From Dehalococcoidia bacterium (GTDB lineage Bacteria > Chloroflexota > Dehalococcoidia > Lucifugimonadales > UBA826), in assembly GCA_029936675.1 (NCBI GenBank), contig JAPYSB010000002.1, forward strand, positions 116,681 through 180,680: a stretch of 64,000 nt of DNA. Reading direction: 5' to 3'. Position numbers and translations under genes: made by a program. The notes below the pieces were generated by a model. The model did not search any database. It was given only the letters and a program-made list of their open reading frames with translations, and was not told the DNA's origin. Each line of letters begins with the position of its first letter. Position 1 is the first letter of the stretch. This document shows positions 17,284-24,965 of the stretch, one piece after another.

Positions 17284-18195
17284 ATGGCTACAAACGAAGA
17301 CGATTTAAGAAAACTTGGGCTCCATGAAAGACCTCCTGTCATCAGAGAGCTTAGATCCATATGGATTTTCATTAGGTCTTGGCCTGTTATTCCTATCGTT
17401 ATCCTTAGCATATTAATTTTATCCGGATTATTGGCTGACGTCCTAGCCACACAGGACGCCCGGAAAGGAGGAATAAGAGACAGGCATATTCCCCCAGCAT
17501 GGACAGAAGAAGGGACGGCAGAACATATATTAGGTACAGACCATGCTGGCCGAGATGTCTTCACACGAACCCTTTACGGAGCCAGAATTTCACTAGCTGT
17601 CGCCGCGGCTGCCTTGCTGAGCGGCTTCATAATTGGAACCACTCTAGGTATCCTAAGCGGGTACGCTGGAGGTTGGATAGATGAACTTATCACCCGAATA
17701 GTAGACATATGGCAGGCCCTACCTTTCCTTATGGTCGCACTCGTGTGTGTGATGATATTTGGCCAAAGTACCACCTTATTGCTCTCTCTGATGGTTCTAT
17801 TAGCTTGGCACCCGTTTGTAAGGGTTATAAGAAGCCAGACCCTTACAATTAAAAATCAACCTTACGTGGATCTGGCGAGAGTGGCGGGAGCATCCCTCCC
17901 GAGGATTCTGATACGCCATATACTACCAGGAGTAATTAACACTGCAGTAGTCATCGCTACCTTGAGTGTCGGGTCCCTTATCCTAGCCGAGGCCGCTTTG
18001 AGCTTCCTGGGGGCAGGAGTTCCAGCACCCACCCCTGCATGGGGCATAATGGTAGCCGAAGCAAGAGGTTACCTAAAAACAGCCTGGTGGCCCGCAATAT
18101 TTCCCGGTATGTCCATATTTTTGGTAGTTCTTTCTCTTAATTTCATGGGGGATTGGCTCCGTGACAAGTTAGACCCAAGGTTGAGACAACTTTAA
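17284..18195 (+). CDS. ABC transporter permease (DppC/OppC-like, second paralog)
   Basis: HILGTDHAGRDVFTRTLYGARISL, PYVDLARVAGASLPRILIRHILP, LSFLGAGVPAPTPAWG, DPRLRQL. Confidence 0.9.
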   Translation: MATNEDDLRKLGLHERPPVIRELRSIWIFIRSWPVIPIVILSILILSGLLADVLATQDARKGGIRDRHIPPAWTEEGTAEHILGTDHAGRDVFTRTLYGARISLAVAAAALLSGFIIGTTLGILSGYAGGWIDELITRIVDIWQALPFLMVALVCVMIFGQSTTLLLSLMVLLAWHPFVRVIRSQTLTIKNQPYVDLARVAGASLPRILIRHILPGVINTAVVIATLSVGSLILAEAALSFLGAGVPAPTPAWGIMVAEARGYLKTAWWPAIFPGMSIFLVVLSLNFMGDWLRDKLDPRLRQL

Positions 18196-18575
18196 GCTGA
18201 AGTCAATTGAAGGGAAATGACCTGGCTATGGCGGAATGAGGGCTAAGGCCGCATATGAATCAGGGAAACACTCAACCGATACCCCTTCAAGTGTTCCTTT
18301 ATGTTCAGCAGTACCTCCTCACAGGTAGCAAGTTCCCTTTCAATAGCGAATTGATGACACAACATTAGTTGAATTTCCCTTTATCAACATATATGTATTG
18401 TCGTCAAAAAGAATATACCCAACACACCCACTCCATGGCGATCCTCTATACTTGAGACAATATCATCGTCCTCATCTTGTAATTTGCAGCATCCGAAGTG
18501 TTTAAGCTATAGACAGCTTTCATATGAATTCCTTTATTTGGATCTTTTCACCTTATACACACCAGAATCCGAAAT

Positions 18576-19370
18576 TCAAGGCCTAGCAAATATCGAATAT
18601 CTTTCGATTATCTGCGATGGCAAAAGATAAGGTTCAGGTGAGGTAGCTAAAAGCCAATTTAACATGGATAAACCATAATCTTTGGGATATTGATCTGTTC
18701 TTTCAAGAGAGTCTGCTATTTCTAATCCCCATCCATCTCTACCCCAATTAATAGGTGTTATTCTTTTTTCGGTCACCAAATTTAAGTATTTCCTCATATT
18801 TCCCTGGCCTCGCCAAGGTTCATGTATTAGCCACATCTCAAGATCCTCATTGATAAGAGCCGTTTGAGTTCTTTCTGAAATGAATTCCCTGACCATAAAT
18901 TGATCTCCAATGATTTGTCGATCCGATGGGGCCGGCATACTGTTCCCATAGTATTCAGACACATAGGCCCACCATTTCAAGGCCCTATATGTGGGCCTGA
19001 TGGGGGTAACATCAACATCTAGGCAAATTTTTTGAATATCTCTCCACCTACCATGCAATTTACTTAAATGTCGCTCAGGTACACCATTAGCAAGAAGAGT
19101 TTTGAAATCAGACCAATCTGCAGGGTCATCGACAGTTCCAAATTCCTTACCCCAAAGGGCTTTAAGGCGTGCCTTATATGCCGTTAATGTCCTTGTTGGT
19201 AATACTATTCGATAACGACTTTCAAGAAATTGGCGACCAATAGAATTCTTCCACTTATTCTGCGACCAAATAAGTAAAAGCCCAATCTGCTGACAATCAT
19301 TTAGAACCGATTGAAATCCTCTTTTACCTGATTCCCAGTTGTTTACATTTTTATGATTGTATGTTGCCAT
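18576..19370 (-). CDS. Hypothetical Trp-rich protein; N-terminal HTH-like module shared with 53687..54487
   Basis: 264-aa ORF in an AT-rich patch with no recognisable family. Aligns with the other ORF at RQFLES..RTLTAYKARLK / RSRILES..RTLGNWIARYK and IRPTYRALKWWAYV / HKPSLRRVRWWFRI. No Shine-Dalgarno sequence seen. Confidence 0.6.
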   Translation of the reverse strand: MATYNHKNVNNWESGKRGFQSVLNDCQQIGLLLIWSQNKWKNSIGRQFLESRYRIVLPTRTLTAYKARLKALWGKEFGTVDDPADWSDFKTLLANGVPERHLSKLHGRWRDIQKICLDVDVTPIRPTYRALKWWAYVSEYYGNSMPAPSDRQIIGDQFMVREFISERTQTALINEDLEMWLIHEPWRGQGNMRKYLNLVTEKRITPINWGRDGWGLEIADSLERTDQYPKDYGLSMLNWLLATSPEPYLLPSQIIERYSIFARP

Positions 19371-19429
19371 ATTTTATATTTATGTTGCTTTTTTTTACTT
19401 AGTTTCCATTTTATATATTTTTATGTGGC
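19345..19429. repeat. Three imperfect ~21-23-nt direct repeats straddling the start codon of 18576..19370
   Basis: Plus strand: acatttttatgattgtatgttgc (19345-19367), catattttatatttatgttgc (19368-19388), cattttatatatttttatgtggc (19407-19429). Shared core cat(t)tt(t)at...tatgt(t/g)gc. Confidence 0.45.
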
Positions 19430-20378
19430 CTATAGCATAAAATTATATTTCACTACTTATCAAGGAAATTAACACCTTATTTCAAAGGTTTAATTAGGCT
19501 TTTTTTAAAACCATATAGTTAAATTGGGAATGAAAATTAGATAGAGGGGTAAGTATTTAAACTCTTCTGGAACCGTAATTTCGTAATCTTAGACTTCAGG
19601 GTTATGGCGTTTTTAGCTCGCCATAATCTTATTAGCTAGCTCTGAAAAATTATTAGCTCTTACAAAGAAAAAGAATTACTACTGCTTTCACTTAATATGG
19701 CCTCATCCGCCTACATACCCCTTAGGAAAACAGAATGGTTAAAGAGTTCATTCGGGTAATTGTTTAAATCGCGGCGCTGAAGGCTACGTTGGTTAAATAT
19801 GCATTTCGGCTGCTGAGTTGTCATCATCTAAAGAAAAAAGATATAAAGCCCCTGCTAAGGTTCTACCAAAGAGTTGGGAGGGGTTATGCCCCCTGTTATG
19901 AACCGATTAAATAAAACTTACTCGCGGGCTAAGTAAGCCACTTATAAATATCGATTTCAAAATGCAGACAACTAATGATGACATCGCAGAAGTATCTGAG
20001 AACAGTTTTACCAGGCTTAGAGGACGTTTATCTACTTGTGAACATAAGCAACGCCTATGGATTCTATTTAGCTGAAATAAGAAACACCCTAAATCGCCTG
20101 TATGAAAATGGCTCATTGATAAGTCTTTAAGATGTCGCTAAAAGTTTGAAGGAATCCGAGTATAAGTTTAAAACCTTTAAACGGATTAAATCGCTATAGC
20201 TACATAAAGCCGTCTCAGACGAAACCTTTGCTACCTTCACGGGTAAATACATCCCGGCATGAATCCTATGATAATGATGCAGAGGATCTTTATAAGCGCA
20301 AAATTAAAAAGCTTTCCTTTGGTTCAAATTTGCCATTAACTACAGTACTAAACCATTCGTGAAATCTATTCAAATAAA

Positions 20379-20416
20379 GAAAGGGCCCCCAGGCTTGATA
20401 AGCTGGTGACCCTTTC
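20379..20416 (-). terminator. Probable intrinsic terminator of the coiled-coil lipoprotein gene
   Basis: gaaaggg (20379-20385) pairs with ccctttc (20410-20416) around an imperfect inner hairpin (gctt/aagc). On the minus strand a T-rich run (ctttatttg) follows. Lies 54-91 nt past the stop at 20470. Confidence 0.5.
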
Positions 20417-20469
20417 CTATAAATTCAACTCGCATTTGTATTCAGCGAGACTAATTAGTCTTCCTATAT

Positions 20470-23361
20470 TTATTCTCTCGACGGTGGCGCCGGTAAGAAG
20501 TCAGTGAGTGATACTCCTGCCGCTCCAGCTAATGAAGCTGGATTTTGCTCCAATTGCTCAGCGTTCTCTATAGCACCACTTATCACACTAAGTAATCCAA
20601 ACTCAGCTTCCTGGTCCAATTCCCTGACTTGCGCTTCTAAGTCTTCAAGCTGCCCGGCAAGCTCCTCTTGTTGCTGATACAAGCCCTCAATGGAAGCAAA
20701 CTTGGCGCCAATCTCCTCATCTAGAAAAGCTATTTCCTCTTCAATTGGTGACATTCGCTCCTCATAGAGTTCATCGCGCATATTTTCAATTTCTTGTATT
20801 GCTTCCTCGCGCTCATTTTCAAAAGCCTGCTCCAGGTTATTCCGACTGTCTTCAAGTTCCCGTCGCTCTTGCTCTATAGCTTTTCGCTTTTCTTTAAATT
20901 CACTATCGACATTTTTGTGAGAATCCCGACCTTCGTTTTCAAAGTCCTTCCACATCTGCTTCATTCCTCTTTCTGTATCGTTTCTCTTCTGGTCCATATC
21001 AACCCGAACCAGTTCCCACATCCCTTCTTGCTGGTCTTCTATCTCACGCTGTCGAGTTCGTTGCCATTCTTCAAACCCATCCCATAAATCCTCTTCATAA
21101 CGCCTTCTTTCCTCCTCCCATGGTTCACGCTGGTCCTCAATGTCCCTCTGTTTTTGCTCTAGAACCATTCGTTCTTTATCAAGCGCCATCCTCTTCTCAT
21201 GTAGAGGTCTTTGCTGGTCTTCCAGTTCTCGCATGAAATTATGCATGCCTTCCATCTGCTCTTCTATTTCACGAATCTCACCTCTCACTTCTTGGACCAT
21301 TTGTTCTTTGGCATTTCTACCCTGGTCCTTATTGTTGTGAAGATCGCTAATATAGTTTTCAATATTCTCTATTTCATTGCGTATCTCTTGTGCCCGACCC
21401 TCAGAGTCACCGGTGTTCGTGCCGTCATCATCGACCGTGAATTCAGCATCTAAGGCTGCCAGCTGATTATCTCTATCAGCCTCAGCATTTGCCGTCAGAT
21501 CCTGGATTTCTGCATCGACCTGATTCTGATCAGGTGCTCCTCCGGACCCGGCGTTGATGATGTTCTGCTTGGCCGCAACCTCATTATCCCAATTCTGTCG
21601 CAGATCGTGAATCAGGCTGTCGTATGAATTCTTCTCTGCTAAAGCTGCCGTGTAGGCAGGGTCTGCAGAAGTTGGCTGATCTGAAAGGGTATTCAGCTCA
21701 GACTCAAGATTGCTTATTTCCTGGTTAAGTTCACCAACCCTTATAGTACGCTCAAGATAGGTCGGATTAGCGTAAGGCTCACCGAGTATGACTTCCGGAG
21801 TGTCAGCCAGCTGATTTTTCAGCGCTACAACCAACGCTAAGGCATTGGCATAAACCGGATTTTCTACTGTTTGAGCCGTAGTAGTACCATCAGCATTCGT
21901 CGTGTCAACAGTATTAGTCTCAGGGGTATTTGCCAAGGCCGATTCCGCATCGGCCAAGTTAGCAGATGTATTGTGCCATTCGGGGTTTTCCACTTCGTCC
22001 TGAAGATTTGGCGTCATTGAACCCATTACATTCTGATGGTCATTAACCTCGTTTCGAAGTCCCTCAATATTTGCTATCAACTGACTTCTCTGAGCCGAAC
22101 CATCATTGGCCCCGGCCCCCGTCTCAAAAGCCTCTAAAGCTTCCATAGCCTGAGCTAATTTAGCTTCGTTGAATGCTAATTGGTCTTGAAAATTGATATT
22201 GATTTGATCCAAATCAGCTTGAGCCATACTGGCGTCCCCGACTGCTGCGGTGCTATCAAAAGACTGATTTCTTTTAAGTGCTATTTGGTCTATCTGTTCG
22301 TTATAGGCTTCCCAAATCTCTTCGGTCCTCTTAGCATGATCATCCCAATTTAGCTGCCTTGGGGCAGTTTGTGTCTGCTGTTGCTCATCGCTAGCTTGAC
22401 GCAGTTGCCTGCGAAGATCATCCAGTTTATCGTGTTGCTCCCTAATCATCTCTTCTGAATTCTGTCCAGAATCACTAGTACCTGCGATTCGGGCAAAAGT
22501 AGCGGGATCCTGCTCTTGTATGTCACGTTTTGTTCTTCTCAGCTGCTGTGCCTGCTCTTGAAGGGGGTTCATCATGTCATGGAGTTCCATACGGGCTTCT
22601 TCTATTTGCATTTGCTCGACATCGATCTCGAAGTAAAGATCATCAATATCTTTCCAGGCTTGATGTATGGCTTCCATTTCCATGTTGAAAGGGTTATTTT
22701 CCTCATATTCCCTTCTCATATCTTCTACTTGCTGCTGAGCTTCTTCCCTCTCATCGTCCCAGGCTCTCCACATAGATTTTGAAACCTTCTGAGCCTCTTC
22801 TTCCTTCTCTCTCATCTCAAATTCAAGAGCTTCCCAGGTATCTTGACCGGCATCTTCTATAGCGTGTCTTTTCTCTTGCATAGCCTCTTCCAATTCTTCA
22901 TGAAGTCTTTGTTGCTCTTCATGTAAGGCCCTCTCCTTATCTTCCAGCTCTCTATGTCTTTCTTGGATCTCGTTTTCAAATTCTCCCCTGGCTTGATCGC
23001 CCTCCATATAGGTAGTGTCAAACCGTTCTCGCATCTCCTCATCAAATTGATGGCCTATCTCTTCCGCCTCCCCGTAAAGTTCTTCTTTTTGCCTTTCTAG
23101 AGCCTCAATTTCAGCTTCAATAGGGGCTACTTGTTCTTCTATTGCGTCTATCTGGTCGACAAGCGGATCAACTTGATTGGTTTGGATTTCAAGTATTCTG
23201 GCTCGTAAATCCACCACTCCTTGAGCTTGCTCCACATCCACGATACCGCAGGCTACAAACGCAGCTCCGACAATCCCTATAACTGATATTTTCATCAGGG
23301 CTTTCTTGAACATGTTATAAAGTCCCCCAGCAATTTCTCTCATTTTTGAAAAAGATCTCAA
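20470..23361 (-). CDS. Hyper-acidic coiled-coil lipoprotein, function unknown (963 aa)
   Basis: Probable true start is ATG 23313: MFKKALMKISVIGIVGAAFVAC-G is a lipoprotein signal with the same [IV]-A-C-G box as both SBPs. The rest is E/Q/R/D-rich heptad-like sequence with a Q/N/A/T-rich centre. Confidence 0.7.
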   Translation of the reverse strand: MRSFSKMREIAGGLYNMFKKALMKISVIGIVGAAFVACGIVDVEQAQGVVDLRARILEIQTNQVDPLVDQIDAIEEQVAPIEAEIEALERQKEELYGEAEEIGHQFDEEMRERFDTTYMEGDQARGEFENEIQERHRELEDKERALHEEQQRLHEELEEAMQEKRHAIEDAGQDTWEALEFEMREKEEEAQKVSKSMWRAWDDEREEAQQQVEDMRREYEENNPFNMEMEAIHQAWKDIDDLYFEIDVEQMQIEEARMELHDMMNPLQEQAQQLRRTKRDIQEQDPATFARIAGTSDSGQNSEEMIREQHDKLDDLRRQLRQASDEQQQTQTAPRQLNWDDHAKRTEEIWEAYNEQIDQIALKRNQSFDSTAAVGDASMAQADLDQININFQDQLAFNEAKLAQAMEALEAFETGAGANDGSAQRSQLIANIEGLRNEVNDHQNVMGSMTPNLQDEVENPEWHNTSANLADAESALANTPETNTVDTTNADGTTTAQTVENPVYANALALVVALKNQLADTPEVILGEPYANPTYLERTIRVGELNQEISNLESELNTLSDQPTSADPAYTAALAEKNSYDSLIHDLRQNWDNEVAAKQNIINAGSGGAPDQNQVDAEIQDLTANAEADRDNQLAALDAEFTVDDDGTNTGDSEGRAQEIRNEIENIENYISDLHNNKDQGRNAKEQMVQEVRGEIREIEEQMEGMHNFMRELEDQQRPLHEKRMALDKERMVLEQKQRDIEDQREPWEEERRRYEEDLWDGFEEWQRTRQREIEDQQEGMWELVRVDMDQKRNDTERGMKQMWKDFENEGRDSHKNVDSEFKEKRKAIEQERRELEDSRNNLEQAFENEREEAIQEIENMRDELYEERMSPIEEEIAFLDEEIGAKFASIEGLYQQQEELAGQLEDLEAQVRELDQEAEFGLLSVISGAIENAEQLEQNPASLAGAAGVSLTDFLPAPPSRE

Positions 23362-23493
23362 TCATTTTACTACTTTATAAAGATTTCTTGAACGGGGTGG
23401 CAGGAAATATCCCGACAATTACCCAAACTAAAATCGTTATATGGGAATTAGACCACATATGCAGATCCAATTCATGCGTGTTGGCACCCTACT

Positions 23494-23523
23494 AAATTAG
23501 GTGGTTTCACCTAATTTTTATTC
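23494..23523 (+). terminator. Orphan terminator-like hairpin with U-tract
   Basis: aaattaggtg (23494-23503) pairs perfectly with cacctaattt (23508-23517), loop gttt, followed by tttttattctg. No annotated plus-strand gene lies upstream. Confidence 0.4.
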
Positions 23524-23597
23524 TGTTATTGAATTAAAATATCAAATATCCATTTGCCTAGTAACAACAAGCATATATTTCTAAAGGATAAAAACAA

Positions 23598-24035
23598 TTG
23601 AGCAAACTAGATTTCAAGTTCAAACATACACTTCGAGTCCGATGGAAGGAATGTGATATTCAAGGAATCGCGTATTACGGAAGCTACATAGATTTCATAG
23701 ATGTCGCACAGGCAGAATATTTTCGAAACCTGGGAATTCTTACTCACCAGGCAAATGATCGAAAAGTTTTTGACCTGGCCGCTGTGAAGGTAACTTTGGA
23801 GTACAAGAGTCCAGCAAGAATTGATGAACTTATAGATATATTTTTGAGAGTGGAGAAAATAGGAAGGACAAGTATTGACAAGAGGTCAGAAATTTACAGA
23901 AGTGACACAGACGAATTACTCTGCTCTGGTCAATCCATTTCAGTGAATTTCGATTCTGAATTGGAAAAATCTCGCGATGTCCCAGCAGAAATTAGGGCTA
24001 TAATCGACAAGTTCGAATCTACCGACACAATTTAA
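23598..24035 (+). CDS. Acyl-CoA thioesterase, hotdog fold (YbgC/4HBT-like)
   Basis: 145 aa. N-terminal pattern RVRWKECDIQGIAYYGSYIDFIDVAQAEYFRNLG is typical of 4HBT thioesterases. TTG start after AAGGA. Confidence 0.7.
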   Translation: MSKLDFKFKHTLRVRWKECDIQGIAYYGSYIDFIDVAQAEYFRNLGILTHQANDRKVFDLAAVKVTLEYKSPARIDELIDIFLRVEKIGRTSIDKRSEIYRSDTDELLCSGQSISVNFDSELEKSRDVPAEIRAIIDKFESTDTI

Positions 24036-24060
24036 AGAATGAACTTACAAAGGCACATAA

Positions 24061-24588
24061 TTGAGTAATAAAACCTACAGTCAGCCTCCCGAATTCAACC
24101 TGGATCCAGAAAAAACTTACGAAGCAGTTATTGAAATGGCCAATGGGAGTCAAATCACCATTGATCTATTGTCTAAGGAGGCTCCCAAAACCGTTAACAA
24201 TTTCGTGTTTCTGGCAAGGGATGGTTACTATGATGGCATTACATTTCACAGAGTAATACCTGGGTTTATGGCTCAAACGGGAGATCCAACTGGAACCGGG
24301 TCTGGAGGGCCAGGTTATAACTTTGACGACGAGTTTAACGGTGATGCAAAACATGATTCCGCTGGTATATTGTCAATGGCTAACCGTGGAGTTGTTAATG
24401 GAATGGGAACCAATGGAAGCCAATTTTTCATAACATTCGCTCCAACACCCCATCTCGATGGTCATCATAGTGTGTTTGGACGAGTTTCAGACGGCATGGA
24501 CGCTGTAAATTCAATAAAGGAACGAGACCCTGGGGCGGCAACAATTCCAGGAGAGGCTATGAAATCGGTGACAATAGTTGAAAAATAA
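24061..24588 (+). CDS. ppiB: Cyclophilin-type peptidyl-prolyl cis-trans isomerase
   Basis: FHRVIPGFMAQTGDPTGTGSGGPGYNFDDEF, SMANRG...GTNGSQFFITF and HSVFGRV are canonical cyclophilin motifs. No signal peptide. Confidence 0.9.
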   Translation: MSNKTYSQPPEFNLDPEKTYEAVIEMANGSQITIDLLSKEAPKTVNNFVFLARDGYYDGITFHRVIPGFMAQTGDPTGTGSGGPGYNFDDEFNGDAKHDSAGILSMANRGVVNGMGTNGSQFFITFAPTPHLDGHHSVFGRVSDGMDAVNSIKERDPGAATIPGEAMKSVTIVEK

Positions 24589-24598
24589 CTATACCAAT

Positions 24599-24943
24599 CT
24601 ATTGGAACAAAATTAATAACCAAACTATTGGGACATTAACCAGAGATAAAAAGACAGCAGCAGATGCAAGATCTTTGGACTTCCGAGATAGTTCATGTCG
24701 TTCCAAACTTATTCTATCAATGGCTGCTTCTATTGAAGAATTTATAAGCTCAACGATCAACACAATCATAAGAGAACCAATCAAAAAGGTCCTCTCAATT
24801 CCGTTCTGGCCCAATATTAAGGCCAATGGGAAAAGAACTAAACCTAATGCTAGTTCAATTCGAAAGGCCGTCTGGGTTTTTATAGCATCTTTCAAGCCGG
24901 AAATAGAGTACAAGAAAGCATTCCAAACACGTTTGATCGCCAT
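24599..24943 (-). CDS. dgkA: Diacylglycerol kinase (prokaryotic DgkA family)
   Basis: 114 aa with three TM helices. AFRIELALG and VELINSSIEAAIDRISLERHELSRKSKDLASAAVF match the DgkA core. Confidence 0.85.
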   Translation of the reverse strand: MAIKRVWNAFLYSISGLKDAIKTQTAFRIELALGLVLFPLALILGQNGIERTFLIGSLMIVLIVELINSSIEAAIDRISLERHELSRKSKDLASAAVFLSLVNVPIVWLLILFQ

Positions 24944-24965
24944 AATATACTCACATTTTATTGAG

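Noticed and set aside
18243-18523. Decayed toxin-antitoxin (HicAB-like) remnant downstream of the second ABC cassette
   Set aside because: Several short broken minus-strand ORFs occur here, including MKAVYSLNTSDAANYKMRTMILSQV, GCVGYILFDDNTYMLIKGNSTNVVSSIRY and MLCHQFAIERELATCEEVLLNIKEHLKGYRLSVSLIHMRP. They contain HicB-flavoured strings (PxxGCxG, T.EE.L.NIKE.L). The spacing between those strings does not match HicB, however, and I cannot build a consistent alignment. At most this is an unidentifiable gene relic.
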